64,000 nucleotides of DNA from Deferrisomatales bacterium (GCA_033551855.1 JAWSUI010000018.1:1078-65077), one strand, 5' to 3'; positions 28,222 through 38,109 are shown, numbered from the stretch's first letter. A program made the numbers and translations. The notes: generated by a model not told the origin, from the sequence alone.

Positions 28222-28435
28222 CTCCGGGGGAAGCCGCAGGGGGGCGACCGGGGGTGCCGGACCGTGTCCACCAGAGACCCTCATCCCTCACGGGGACCCC
28301 TTGCGAACGGTTGCGGGCCGCCCGGGGCGGGATCGCTCCTGGTCCGTTCCCCGTGCGCGAGGCAAGGCCGGCGCTGGGGTTGCGGCGTTCCCTGGAGCGT
28401 CGCAGTCGCAGGAGGCCGTACCCGTACGATACGGG

Positions 28436-29887
28436 CTACAGGGGCCTCTCTCCCGGAGGGGAAGGTGAGCCTTTGGGGGCCGGGCCGGCGGGGTGGATCC
28501 TGTCGTCCTCCTCGAAGACGGTCTCGAGAGCCCGGGAGAGCTCCTCGGAGGCCCCCTCCGGGTCCTGGCCTTTACGGACCCGCTCGAAGCACGCCTCGAA
28601 GCGCCTCCGGGCCTCTTCGGAGAGCGGCGGGAGCAGCCGCCCCAGGTCGTCGCGGCAGTTCAGGTCGTCGCGGCGGGCGTGGGCGCGGTTGGACACGAGG
28701 AGCCGGTGGAGGCGGGCCCTCCCCAGGGCCACGTGGGGAAAGTTCCGGTTCCGGGTGGGACCGGCCACTAGCTTCTTCCCCCCGAGGGGGATGGCGGCGA
28801 TGGTGACCTCCACCAGCCGGTTCGCGCCGAGCCAGCCCACCGCCGCCCCGATGCCGGCCCCCACCAGGGTGCCGAGCAGGAGCGAGGCGCCCCCGAGGGC
28901 CGCGTCCAGGGTGCCGCCGATCACTGCGCCCCCCCCGGCCCCCAGAGTCGCGAGCTGCGCGCGCTTCAACCCGAACCGGAGCCACGTCTCCTCGGAGAAG
29001 AGGTCCTCCTCCAGCAGGTCCAGGGGATCCTCCACCCGCGGGACGCGCACGTGCTCGTACACCCCTTCCACCCGGTCCCGGCACCGCCGTTCCAGGTCTC
29101 GCAGCGCGTCCCGGTACCGTTTCTCGAGGGCCGGCTTCTCGGGCTCCGCGTCCGCATCGGCCGAGAGCGTCTTCGTCACGGTGAGAGTGAGCATCTCGGT
29201 GAGCGTCCCGCCCACCAGGCGGGCCGCCCGGGCCCGGCGCTTCCCCCGCTCCCGCCCGAGGACCGCCGCAGCGTGCTCCAGCGGCTCGCGCCACTCCTCG
29301 TGGAGGTGGCCGAAGGTGCGCAAGAGCTCGACCTGCTTGTCGAACTCGGCCGTGACCGCGTCGAACACCCGCACCACGTGGAAGTACTGCCCCAGCGCCT
29401 GCCGCCACTCCTCCACGTGGTCGGCCCGCCCGATGGGGTTGATCAGTGCCATCCGGGGCCGCCCGGTCCAGCGCAGGATCTCCATCTCGGGCTCGTACTC
29501 CGGGCCGTAGGGCACCGAGCCGTCGACGACGTACAGGATGCCCGCGCCCTCGACCACCGGCGCGAGGAGCTCCCTCTCGTCGGGGAACTGCCCGGTGGCT
29601 TCGTGGGTCCGGACGAAATCCCCGACGACCTCCGCCCGCCGGGCCGCCGTGGTCTCCTGCCGGCGCATCCAGTCCAGGGCCCCCCGGGCCCGCTGGAAGC
29701 CGGGGGTGTCCACCAGGGTGTAGAGCACGGTGCCGTCCACCTTCATGGGGAACGAGCGGCACTTGACCGTGGTGCCCGGGACGGGCCCGATAGCGACCGA
29801 GTCGTCGTGGGCGAGGGTCGCCACGATGCTGGACTTGCCCTTGTTCGGGTGCCCGAGCACGGCGAAAACGGGGGCCGAGGCGGTCAC
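28436..29887 (-). CDS. P-loop GTPase with a DUF3482-like membrane-associated C-terminal region
   Basis: The GTG at 29887 overlaps the upstream stop (GTGA). G1 is GHPNKGKSS, G2 is PGTT, G3 is DTPG. A glycine-zipper hydrophobic segment reads LGAGGGAVIGGTLDAALGGASLLLGTLVGAGIGAAVGWLGA. The upstream half of the 1017-aa track ORF is out of frame. Confidence 0.75.
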   Translation of the reverse strand: MTASAPVFAVLGHPNKGKSSIVATLAHDDSVAIGPVPGTTVKCRSFPMKVDGTVLYTLVDTPGFQRARGALDWMRRQETTAARRAEVVGDFVRTHEATGQFPDERELLAPVVEGAGILYVVDGSVPYGPEYEPEMEILRWTGRPRMALINPIGRADHVEEWRQALGQYFHVVRVFDAVTAEFDKQVELLRTFGHLHEEWREPLEHAAAVLGRERGKRRARAARLVGGTLTEMLTLTVTKTLSADADAEPEKPALEKRYRDALRDLERRCRDRVEGVYEHVRVPRVEDPLDLLEEDLFSEETWLRFGLKRAQLATLGAGGGAVIGGTLDAALGGASLLLGTLVGAGIGAAVGWLGANRLVEVTIAAIPLGGKKLVAGPTRNRNFPHVALGRARLHRLLVSNRAHARRDDLNCRDDLGRLLPPLSEEARRRFEACFERVRKGQDPEGASEELSRALETVFEEDDRIHPAGPAPKGSPSPPGERPL

Positions 29888-31407
29888 GGGCCCCCACCCA
29901 GGGGACGAACGGAGAGCCAGGGGTCCCCGACGGCACGCACCCGGGTGCGCCACTGGGCCACGTCCGCTTCCAACGGCGCGGACAGGCCGCCTGCGTCGCC
30001 CCGCCCGACGGGGGCGACCACGATGGGCCGGCCCTCGCCCAGGAGCCGGCGAAGGTCCTGGAGAAAGTCGAGAAACTCCAGGAGGGCCGGCTCCCAGGCC
30101 TTGACGACGATGGCCACGGCGCCCCCCCCCCGCGGCGCCGCGATCTCGTCCGCGACCCGCCGGTCGTCCTCCAGGGAACCGGACCCGCCCGCGTGGCGGG
30201 CCGCCTCCGCCCGCAGGCCCAGCTCCCGCAGGAGAAGCTCGCCCAGAACCGGGTCCGGGGCATCCACCTGCCCCCAGTTGACGAGGGTGCAGGGGCGCTC
30301 CACCCGGGGCGGGGTCTCCTCCCCGGCGCCCCAGGGGGGCGCGAGGGGCTCCGCGCGCCCGGCCTCGGGCTCCTCCGCCTGGGTCCGCACGAGCTCGCTC
30401 CCCAGGCGGTCCCGCACGTCCTGCGCGTCCGGGACACCGAACAGGGCGGCGTCCACGGCGCAGGCGTAGCGCCACCGGGCCACGGCCCAGAGGGCGACCC
30501 GGAGCCCCAACCCGTAGAACGCCAGGGAACCCAGGAGGAAGGGCCACCAGCCCCCCAGGACGGCGGGGTCCCCGCCCCCGGGCCCGGCGTGGGGGAGGAC
30601 CCCCTCCTTGAACCGGAAATAGCGCGTCGCATCGATCAGCTCGAGGGACGGCCTGCCCTGGGGGAAGAGCCACGCCCACGGGGCCGAGAGCGCCGTGGTC
30701 AGCCGGTGCAGGTAGCCGGCGTCGAACGCTAGGGTGGTGCTCCAGGAGAAGGCGAGGTCCGAGAAGACGATCAGGTAGAGGCACGCTGCCAGCGCCCCCG
30801 CGTTGAACGCCACGGCAAAGCCCTGGGCGGCGAAGACGACGGCCCACTTCTGGACCCGGCCGAACAGTTTCCGGTGGGCCGCCGCTCGACCCAGGGCGGC
30901 CTGGGCTGCCTGCCGGTACTCGGCGGGGAGGAAACGGTCCGTCAGCCTCAGGAGTTGGCCGGGGCTCAGGAGGGGCAGGGCCTCCTGGAGAGCCCTCGCC
31001 CCCGGCAGCAGGCGCAGGACCACCGGCGGCAGGAGCGCCAGCCCCAGGGCCAGGGCCAGGGCGAGCTGGAGCCCGACGAACACGGCCAGCACGCCGATGA
31101 CGTTCACGGGCTCGGTGCCGTCGTACCGCAGCAGGACCCGGAGCGCCCCGGCCCCCAGCACGAAGCCCGCCGCGGCGAGGAGGACCTGGGCGGCCCGCTG
31201 GACCGCCGCCGCCCGGCGCCCGATTTCGGGGGGCTTCCGGACCTCGTCGAGCCACGCCAGGAGCTGGGCGCGGGCACTCAGCCCCCGGGGGGCGAGCCGG
31301 CGTCCGATTGCCCGGTCCCGGCGGCGCAGCTCCACCTCGTCGCGGTCCGCGTCGCGCCGCAACTGCACCAGGAAGTCGATCAGGTGGTCGAGGCGGGGCT
31401 TCTCCAT
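29884..31407 (-). CDS. DUF2868-like polytopic membrane protein
   Basis: ATG at 31407 (MEKPRLDHLIDFLVQL). Several hydrophobic helices: VLLAAAGFVLGAGAL, VIGVLAVFVGLQLALALALGLALL, WAVVFAAQGFAVAFNAGALAACLYLIVF, WWPFLLGSLAFYGLGL. A soluble C-terminal domain follows. The family name comes from my recall of the conserved pairing with DUF3482 GTPases. Confidence 0.6.
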   Translation of the reverse strand: MEKPRLDHLIDFLVQLRRDADRDEVELRRRDRAIGRRLAPRGLSARAQLLAWLDEVRKPPEIGRRAAAVQRAAQVLLAAAGFVLGAGALRVLLRYDGTEPVNVIGVLAVFVGLQLALALALGLALLPPVVLRLLPGARALQEALPLLSPGQLLRLTDRFLPAEYRQAAQAALGRAAAHRKLFGRVQKWAVVFAAQGFAVAFNAGALAACLYLIVFSDLAFSWSTTLAFDAGYLHRLTTALSAPWAWLFPQGRPSLELIDATRYFRFKEGVLPHAGPGGGDPAVLGGWWPFLLGSLAFYGLGLRVALWAVARWRYACAVDAALFGVPDAQDVRDRLGSELVRTQAEEPEAGRAEPLAPPWGAGEETPPRVERPCTLVNWGQVDAPDPVLGELLLRELGLRAEAARHAGGSGSLEDDRRVADEIAAPRGGGAVAIVVKAWEPALLEFLDFLQDLRRLLGEGRPIVVAPVGRGDAGGLSAPLEADVAQWRTRVRAVGDPWLSVRPLGGGP

Positions 31408-31616
31408 CCGTCTCCCTCGCCGAGCCTCGGCAACGCCGGCGGGGGCGCCCGCGCCGCGGCCCGGGGGGAAGCATAGGGACCCGAGGCACCCCGGGTCAAT
31501 GGCGCCCCGGGCAAGGACGGCGGCGTGGGGTCTGGGACGGGGCGGTCGACGGCGGGGCGGGGAGCAGGGATTCTGGATCCTCCCCGCGCCCCGTAAGCGC
31601 CCAATCAATCCTCTGG

Positions 31617-31632
31617 GGGTGAATATTCACCC
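31617..31632. promoter_or_regulatory. Perfect 16-bp palindrome GGGTGAATATTCACCC; candidate operator in a divergent intergenic region
   Basis: Verified base by base. It has an AT-rich centre in a GC-rich context and lies between the DUF2868 operon (start 31407, -) and ettA (start 32012, +). Confidence 0.4.
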
Positions 31633-31646
31633 GCCCAGTTGCGGAT

Positions 31647-31728
31647 AGAGGGGGGGACGTAAGTGAAATCGTGCGTTTCCCCCAGGACCAGAGGGGGGGA
31701 CGTAAGTGAAATCGTGCGTTTCCCCCAG
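31647..31728 (+). repeat. Two identical 39-nt direct repeats separated by 4 nt
   Basis: AGAGGGGGGGACGTAAGTGAAATCGTGCGTTTCCCCCAG occurs at 31647-31685 and 31690-31728. Each copy can fold, with a G-run pairing a C-run around an 18-nt loop. Confidence 0.9.
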
Positions 31729-31895
31729 CGGTTGCGGTGGGCGGTGCCCACCCTACGGGCCCATCGCGGAGGTCGGGGGCCCGATGGGAACCCACACAGA
31801 TCGAAACAGAACCATCCTTTGTCTTTCCCGGCGCCTCTGCGGCTCTGCGCGAGAACGCAATGGTCCTCGCACGCACAGAACGCCCGGAAGCTTCT
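31729..31895 (+). repeat. Composite intergenic repeat: module R1 fused to inverted module R3
   Basis: The R1 part matches 20272-20355 and 51877-51958. The distal part is the reverse complement of the R3 half of the MITE-like element. Confidence 0.8.
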
Positions 31896-32011
31896 GTCGA
31901 CGGCCCCCGCGGCTTGCATGCCGGCCCCCCGCAGGGTATAAGCCTTGACCCCCCGCGCGCTTTTCACCGGGCCGGGGCCGCACGAGAACCGCTCACCCCC
32001 AGGAGGTACCC

Positions 32012-33688
32012 GTGGCGCACCAGTACATTTACGTGATGAAGGGCCTGTCCAAAGTCTACCCGCCCAACCGGGAGGTCCTCAAGGACATCTGGCTCTCCTT
32101 CTTCCCCGGCGCGAAGATCGGCGTCCTGGGCCTGAACGGGTCCGGGAAGTCCACCCTGCTCCGGGTCATGGCCGGGATCGAGACGGACTTCCACGGGGAG
32201 GCCTGGCCGGCGGAAGGCACGCGGGTCGGCTTCCTCCCCCAGGAGCCCGAGCTGGACCCCGGCAAGACGGTGGCGGAGGTGGTGGACGAGGGGGTGGCCG
32301 AGACCCGGGCGCTGCTGCGCCAGTTCGACGAGATCAACGCCCGGTTCGCCGAGCCGATGGAGCCGGACGAGATGGAGAAGCTCCTCGCCGAGCAGGGCCG
32401 GGTGCAGGACGCCATCGACGCCGCCGGGGCCTGGGACCTGGACCGGACCCTCGAGATCGCCATGGACGCCCTGCGCCTGCCCCCCGCCGAGGCCGGCGTG
32501 GCCAACCTCTCGGGCGGCGAGCGCCGGCGGGTGGCCCTGTGCCGGCTGCTCCTCCAGCAGCCGGACCTCCTGCTCCTGGACGAGCCCACCAACCACCTGG
32601 ATGCCGAGTCGGTGGCGTGGCTCGAGCACCACCTGGCCCAGTACCCGGGGACCGTCGTGGCGGTCACCCACGACCGCTACTTCCTGGACAACGTCGCAGG
32701 GTGGATCCTGGAGCTCGACCGGGGCCGGGGCATCCCCTGGGAGGGCAACTACTCGTCCTGGCTGGAGCAGAAGGAGAAGCGCCTGGCCCAGGAGGAGAAG
32801 CAGTCCTCCGCCCGCCAGAAGACCCTGGAGCGGGAGCTGGAGTGGATCCGCATGGCCCCCCGGGCCCGCCACGCCAAGGGCCAGGCCCGCCTCAACGCCT
32901 ACGAGAAGCTCCTCCAGGCCGACACCCAGGGCAAGGTGGAGGCCGGGGCCATCGTGATCCCCCCGGGCCCCCGTCTGGGGGACCTGGTGGTGGAGGCCGA
33001 GAAGGTGAGCAAGGCCTACGGCGACCGGCTCCTCTTCGAGGACCTGAGCTTCCGGCTCCCCAAGGGCGGCATCGTCGGCCTGATCGGGCCGAACGGGGCC
33101 GGCAAGACCACGCTCCTGCGGCTGCTGACCGCCCAGGAGACCCCCGACGGGGGGGTGCTGCGCATCGGGGACACCGTGGCGATGGCCTACGTGGACCAGA
33201 GCCGCGACGCCCTCGCCGGCGAGCGCACCGTCTGGGAGGAGATCACGGACAAGGCCGACTTCATCGAGCTCGGCAAGCGCAAGGTGCCCTCCCGGGCCTA
33301 CGTGGCGGCGTTCAACTTCAAGGGCGCCGACCAGCAGAAGCGCGTCAAGGACCTCTCCGGGGGCGAGCGCAACCGGGTGCACCTGGCCAAGCTCCTCAAG
33401 AGCGGGGCCAATCTCATCCTCCTCGACGAGCCCACCAACGACCTGGACGTCGACACCCTGCGGTCCCTCGAGGAGGGGCTGCTGGAGTTCGCCGGCTGCG
33501 CGGTGGTGGTCTCCCACGACCGCTGGTTCCTGGACCGGATCGCGACCCACATCCTGGCCTTCGAGGGCGAGAGCCGCGCCGTCTGGTTCGAGGGGAACTA
33601 CCAGGAGTACGAGGCGGACCGGAAGCGGCGGCTCGGGGCCGAGGCCGACCAGCCCCACCGGATCCACTACAAGAAGCTCGTGCGCTGA
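32012..33688 (+). CDS. ettA: Energy-dependent translational throttle protein (ABC-F ATPase)
   Basis: Opens with [48 protein letters not shown]. Two Walker A/signature/Walker B sets ([22 protein letters not shown]; [23 protein letters not shown]). Confidence 0.95.
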   Translation: MAHQYIYVMKGLSKVYPPNREVLKDIWLSFFPGAKIGVLGLNGSGKSTLLRVMAGIETDFHGEAWPAEGTRVGFLPQEPELDPGKTVAEVVDEGVAETRALLRQFDEINARFAEPMEPDEMEKLLAEQGRVQDAIDAAGAWDLDRTLEIAMDALRLPPAEAGVANLSGGERRRVALCRLLLQQPDLLLLDEPTNHLDAESVAWLEHHLAQYPGTVVAVTHDRYFLDNVAGWILELDRGRGIPWEGNYSSWLEQKEKRLAQEEKQSSARQKTLERELEWIRMAPRARHAKGQARLNAYEKLLQADTQGKVEAGAIVIPPGPRLGDLVVEAEKVSKAYGDRLLFEDLSFRLPKGGIVGLIGPNGAGKTTLLRLLTAQETPDGGVLRIGDTVAMAYVDQSRDALAGERTVWEEITDKADFIELGKRKVPSRAYVAAFNFKGADQQKRVKDLSGGERNRVHLAKLLKSGANLILLDEPTNDLDVDTLRSLEEGLLEFAGCAVVVSHDRWFLDRIATHILAFEGESRAVWFEGNYQEYEADRKRRLGAEADQPHRIHYKKLVR

Positions 33689-33699
33689 CGCCCCCCGCC

Positions 33700-33750
33700 C
33701 CGGAGCTTCCGGGTCTTCTGTGTGCGCGAGGAACCATCGTGTTCTCGCGC
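33700..33750 (+). repeat. Partial copy of module R3
   Basis: CCGGAGCTTCCGGGTCTTCTGTGTGCGCGAGGAACCATCGTGTTCTCGCGC matches the 5' half of 13004-13159. It lies just after the ettA stop. Confidence 0.7.
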
Positions 33751-33848
33751 CCCCCTTCTTCTCGCACTTGCAGCAATTCGGGACTATGCTGCTCCCGGTT
33801 CGGGTGGGTTGAGATCGCCCGCCCCCGGGAGCCCCACGAGGTGACGCC

Positions 33849-35579
33849 ATGACCGGCAGCTACGAGTTCGAGAGCACCAGAAACATCGACCGCCTCGCCC
33901 ACGCCTGGGTCGGGCGGGCCACCCTTGGCCTCTCCCCCGCCTCCCTGCTCCTGGCCTACGCCGACTGGGCACTCCACTTCGGCTTCAACCCTGGCAAGCA
34001 GGCGGAGCTCTGGCGCAACGCGGCAGAGAAGTCGTTCCGCTTCGCCCTGTACGCCGCCCAGGCGGCCGGCAACCCGGAGACCCCCCCCTTCATCGAGCCC
34101 CTGCCCCAGGACCGGCGCTTCCACGACCCCGGCTGGAAGACCTGGCCGTTCAACGCCCTCCAGCAGGGCTTCCTGCTGAGCGAGCAGTGGTGGCACTACG
34201 CCACCACCGGCGTGCGGGGCCTGTCGCGGCGCCACGAGAACATCGTCTCCTTCGCCGCGCGCCAGGTGCTGGACATGTGTGCCCCGTCCAACTTCCCGTG
34301 GACGAACCCGGAGGTGCTGCGCACGGCCTGGCAGACAGGCGGGGGCAGCCTGGCCCAGGGGTTCGAGAACTGGGTGGAGGACGAGTGCCGGGCCCTGGCC
34401 GGGGAGCCCCCCGTCGGCGCGGAGGTGTACGAGGTGGGCCGCAACCTTGCGGTCACCCCGGGAAAGGTCGTGTACCGCAACCGCCTCATCGAGCTCCTCC
34501 AGTACGAGCCCGCGACCGACGAAGTACAGGCCGAGCCGGTGCTCGTCGTGCCCGCCTGGATCATGAAGTACTACATCCTGGACCTCTCGCCGGAGAACTC
34601 CCTGATCAAGTACCTGGTGGGCCGCGGCCACACGGTCTTCACCATCTCCTGGAAGAACCCCGGGCCCGAGGATCGCGACCTCGGCCTGGAGGACTACCGG
34701 ACCCTGGGGATCGGGGCCGCCCTGGAGGCGGTGGGGCGCATCGCTCCGGACCGGAAGGTCCACGGGGTGGGCTACTGCCTGGGCGGCACCCTGCTGGCAA
34801 TCGCCGCGGCCGCCATGGCGCGGGACGGGGTCGACCGGCTGCGCTCCCTCACCATGCTGGCCGCCCAGACCGACTTCACCGAGGCCGGCGAGATCATGCT
34901 CTTCATCGACGAGAGCCAGATCACCTTCCTCGAAGATGTCATGTGGGAGAAGGGGTACCTCGACAACCGGCAGATGGCCGGGGCGTTCCAGGCCCTGCGC
35001 TCCAAGGACCTCATCTGGTCCCGCGTGGTGCACGACTACCTGCTCGGCGGCCGCACCTCCATGAACGACCTCATGGCGTGGAACGCCGACGCCACCCGCA
35101 TGCCGTACCGGATGCACGCGGAGTACCTGCGCAAGCTCTTCCTGAACAACGACCTCTTCGAGGGGCGCTACCGGGTGGGGGACCGCCCCGTGGCCCTGAG
35201 CGACATCCGGGTCCCCATCTTCCTCGTGGGCACCGAGACGGACCACGTTGCGCCCTGGCGCTCCACCTACAAGCTCCACATGCCGGCGGACACCGACGTG
35301 ACGTTCGTGCTGACCAGCGGCGGGCACAACGCGGGGATCGTGAGCGAGCCCGGCCACCGCGGCCGGTCGTTCCGAATCGCCACCCGGCGGGAGGGGGACC
35401 CCTACATCGACCCGGAGACGTGGCGCGAACGAACCCCGGTGCAGGAAGGGTCCTGGTGGCCCGGCTGGGCCGAGTGGCTGGCGGAGCACTCCACCGGCCC
35501 CGTCCCGCCGCCCCCCCTGGGCCTTCCGGGGTCGCCGCTCCTGGGGGACGCGCCCGGGACGTACGTGCTGGTGAAGTGA
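33849..35579 (+). CDS. phaC: Class I poly(R)-hydroxyalkanoate synthase
   Basis: Lipase-box variant GYCLGG with the catalytic Cys. Also a PhaC N-terminal region (DPGWKTWPFNALQQGFLL) and conserved DHVAPW and GHNAGIV blocks. The protein is 576 aa. Confidence 0.9.
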   Translation: MTGSYEFESTRNIDRLAHAWVGRATLGLSPASLLLAYADWALHFGFNPGKQAELWRNAAEKSFRFALYAAQAAGNPETPPFIEPLPQDRRFHDPGWKTWPFNALQQGFLLSEQWWHYATTGVRGLSRRHENIVSFAARQVLDMCAPSNFPWTNPEVLRTAWQTGGGSLAQGFENWVEDECRALAGEPPVGAEVYEVGRNLAVTPGKVVYRNRLIELLQYEPATDEVQAEPVLVVPAWIMKYYILDLSPENSLIKYLVGRGHTVFTISWKNPGPEDRDLGLEDYRTLGIGAALEAVGRIAPDRKVHGVGYCLGGTLLAIAAAAMARDGVDRLRSLTMLAAQTDFTEAGEIMLFIDESQITFLEDVMWEKGYLDNRQMAGAFQALRSKDLIWSRVVHDYLLGGRTSMNDLMAWNADATRMPYRMHAEYLRKLFLNNDLFEGRYRVGDRPVALSDIRVPIFLVGTETDHVAPWRSTYKLHMPADTDVTFVLTSGGHNAGIVSEPGHRGRSFRIATRREGDPYIDPETWRERTPVQEGSWWPGWAEWLAEHSTGPVPPPPLGLPGSPLLGDAPGTYVLVK

Positions 35580-35628
35580 AGCCGCGCCGGCGCGGCGGGC
35601 GTGCAGGGGGGGAAGGGGCCTGCGCGGG

Positions 35629-35922
35629 CTAGCGGAGCTCCAGGTGCTCCCGGACCAGGCGGGGGAGCACTTCGGCTCCGGTGATCCGGTACAGGCCCTG
35701 GCGGAGCTGGTCCACGATCACCCCGACCACGTCCTCGCGGATGTCGGGGGCCTGCAGGGCCAGGGCGCGGGCCCGCTGCACCTCGAAGCTCTGCCCGGAG
35801 AAGGCCACCTGGTCGGCCGGGCCCGCGGCCGGGGACGGCCCCTGCGCCGCAGCAGCTCCCTCCCGGCGCCGCGGGCCTTCCACCGCGGTGACCGGCTTCG
35901 TGTAGACGTCGGAAATCCTCAC
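35629..35922 (-). CDS. flgM: Anti-sigma-28 factor FlgM family protein
   Basis: The protein is 97 aa with a disordered N-terminus. The C-terminal helix region is APDIREDVVGVIVDQLRQGLYRITGAEVLPRLV, and FlgM typically shows ...G.Y.vd...iA..l. There are no flagellar neighbours in the window. Confidence 0.55.
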   Translation of the reverse strand: MRISDVYTKPVTAVEGPRRREGAAAAQGPSPAAGPADQVAFSGQSFEVQRARALALQAPDIREDVVGVIVDQLRQGLYRITGAEVLPRLVREHLELR

Positions 35923-36054
35923 CGTCTCCCCTGTCGTCGAGGTGACCGAAGCCCTGCGGTTTCAGCCCTCGGCGTGATCGAAGGGCGTGGGCAGCTCACG
36001 CAAGACACGATAGACCAGGCGCGGGCGTCCGTCGAGGGGATTCACGGTGCGCGC

Positions 36055-36873
36055 TCAGCCCGGACGCGGGGCGGGGCCCCCGTCCAGGGCCGCCCGCATG
36101 TCCCGCAAGAAGAGCCCGGCGGCGTGCGCGGCCGGCTCCCGCCGTTCCCCTCCCAGGGTCTCCAGGAGCGCGCTGCCCACGATGACGCCGTCGGCAGCGG
36201 CCGCCAGGGCTCGGGCCGCGTCCGGCCCCGAGACCCCGAAGCCCACCAGGGCCGGCAAGTCCGTGTGCCGCCGCACCCGCTCCACCAAGCCCGCCACCGC
36301 CTCGGCGGCGGGCCGCTTCTCCCCCGTCACACCGGTCACCGCGACGCAGTAGACGAACCCGCGGCACACGGCGGCGATCTTCGGGATACGGGCTTCCGGC
36401 GTGGTGGGGGCGACCAGGAAGACCGTGTCCAGCCCCTGGGCCCGCGCCGCGGGGACGAGCTCCGCCGACTCCTCGGGCGGGAGGTCCACGACCAGCACCC
36501 CGTCGGCGCCCGCCGCCCGGGCCTCCCGGGCGAAGGCCTCCGGACCGAAGGCGAGCACCGGGTTGAAGTAGGTCATGAAGAGCACCGGCACCGAGAGCCC
36601 CCGTGACCGGGCCCAGGCCAGGTCCTCCAGGAGGCGGCGCACCGACGCCCCGCCCGCCAGGGCGGCCGCGGACGCCTGCTGGATCACCGGCCCGTCCGCG
36701 GCGGGGTCGGAGAAGGGGATGCCCACCTCCAGGGCATCGGCGCCCGCCGCCTGGGCCTCCAGGAGCAGCAGCCGGAACGTGCCGCGGTCGGGGTACTCCC
36801 CCGTGAAGAAGGGGACCAGCAGCTTCCGGCCCCGGTCGCGGGCTGCCCGCAGGGTCTCCTCGAGGCGGCTCAC
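36055..36873 (-). CDS. trpA: Tryptophan synthase alpha chain
   Basis: The GTG at 36873 overlaps the trpB stop (GTGA). Motifs: [35 protein letters not shown]. Confidence 0.9.
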   Translation of the reverse strand: MSRLEETLRAARDRGRKLLVPFFTGEYPDRGTFRLLLLEAQAAGADALEVGIPFSDPAADGPVIQQASAAALAGGASVRRLLEDLAWARSRGLSVPVLFMTYFNPVLAFGPEAFAREARAAGADGVLVVDLPPEESAELVPAARAQGLDTVFLVAPTTPEARIPKIAAVCRGFVYCVAVTGVTGEKRPAAEAVAGLVERVRRHTDLPALVGFGVSGPDAARALAAAADGVIVGSALLETLGGERREPAAHAAGLFLRDMRAALDGGPAPRPG

Positions 36874-38090
36874 GCGTCCCCCCCCTGCATCCGGCCCAAC
36901 ACCGTCGCCAGGTCCTTGTCCCCGCGACCCGAGAGGCTCACCACCACCGCCCCGTCCTCCGGCAGGGCCCGGGCCACCTCCCCCACCCGGGCCAGGGCGT
37001 GGGCGCTCTCCAGGGCCGGCAGGATCCCCTCGGTCCGGGCCAGGCGGTGGAAGGCGGCCAGGGCCTCCTCGTCCGTCGCCGAGAGCACCCGCACCCGCCC
37101 CGAGCGGGCCAGCCACGCCACCTCCGGGCCGACCCCGGGGTAGTCCAGGCCCGCCGAGATCGAGTGGGCCTCCGTGACCTGGCCGTCGTCGTCCTGGAGG
37201 AGGTAGGACTTCTGGCCGTGGAGCACGCCGACCCGCCCGCCCAGGATGGCCGCCGCGTGGCGGCCGCTGCCCACCCCCTCCCCGGCCGCCTCCACGGCGA
37301 CGAGGTCCACCGGGTCGTCCCGAAAGGCGGTGAAGATCCCCAGGGCGTTCGAGCCGCCCCCGATGCACGCCACCACGGCGTCCGGGAGCCGCCCGAGGGC
37401 GGCCAGGCACTGCTCCCGGGCCTCCTCGCCGATCACCCGCTGCAGCTCCCGCACCATCAGGGGGTACGGGTGGGGCCCGGCCACGGAGCCGATGACGTAG
37501 AAGGTGTCCGCCACGTGGGTCACCCAGTGGCGGATCGCCTCGTTCATCGCGTCCTTGAGGGTGCGGCTCCCCGACCTCACGGACACCACGCGGGCCCCCA
37601 GCAGCCGCATCCGCTCCACGTTGGGCGCCTGGCGCCGCACGTCCTCCTCCCCCATGAACACGGCGCACTCCAGGCCGAAGAGCGCCGCCGCGGTGGCGGT
37701 GGCCACCCCGTGCTGGCCGGCCCCGGTCTCGGCGATGACCCGCCGCTTGCCCATGCGCCGGGCCAGGAGGACCTGCCCGAGGGTGTTGTTGATCTTGTGG
37801 GCCCCCGTGTGACACAGATCCTCCCGCTTGAGGAAGACGTGCGCGCCCCCGAGCTCGGCCGTGAGCCGGCGGGCCGGGGTCAGGGGCGTGGGCCGCCCCA
37901 CGTAGTCTCCCAGGAGGCGCCGGAGCTCCCCCCGGAAGCCCGGGTCGGCCTGCGCCTCCGCCAAGGCCTCCGCGAGCTCCTCCAGAGCGGGCATCAAGGT
38001 CTCGGCCACGTACCGCCCGCCGAAGGGACCGAAGTGCCCCCGGTCGTCCGGGTACGGGTACGGGTACGGGTACGGCTGCACGCTGCTCAT
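36870..38090 (-). CDS. trpB: Tryptophan synthase beta chain
   Basis: ATG at 38090 with a GGAGGT Shine-Dalgarno. Motifs: [41 protein letters not shown]. An N-terminal PYPYPYPYP tract is encoded by (GGGTAC)x4. Confidence 0.95.
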   Translation of the reverse strand: MSSVQPYPYPYPYPDDRGHFGPFGGRYVAETLMPALEELAEALAEAQADPGFRGELRRLLGDYVGRPTPLTPARRLTAELGGAHVFLKREDLCHTGAHKINNTLGQVLLARRMGKRRVIAETGAGQHGVATATAAALFGLECAVFMGEEDVRRQAPNVERMRLLGARVVSVRSGSRTLKDAMNEAIRHWVTHVADTFYVIGSVAGPHPYPLMVRELQRVIGEEAREQCLAALGRLPDAVVACIGGGSNALGIFTAFRDDPVDLVAVEAAGEGVGSGRHAAAILGGRVGVLHGQKSYLLQDDDGQVTEAHSISAGLDYPGVGPEVAWLARSGRVRVLSATDEEALAAFHRLARTEGILPALESAHALARVGEVARALPEDGAVVVSLSGRGDKDLATVLGRMQGGDA

Positions 38091-38109
38091 GGCACCTCCG
38101 AACGGCAAG

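Noticed and set aside
28436-31489. 1017-aa ORF suggesting one giant protein
   Set aside because: Only the last 483 codons (from GTG 29887) look like protein, namely the GTPase. The upstream 530 codons are an out-of-frame reading of the DUF2868-like gene and are Gly/Arg/Pro-rich.
31647-31728. A possible CRISPR array
   Set aside because: There are only two repeat units separated by 4 nt. There are no spacers, no further units and no cas genes in the window.
28222-32011. An attR copy of the tRNA-Lys 3' end that would delimit the integrated element
   Set aside because: I looked for GGTTCGATCCCTGCACGGCTCACCA or long sub-strings downstream of the fragments and did not see one by eye. The right boundary of the island therefore remains undefined.
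33414-35489. 691-aa ORF on the - strand
   Set aside because: It is antisense to phaC and ettA and no motifs were recognised. PhaC on the + strand has the lipase box and conserved blocks.
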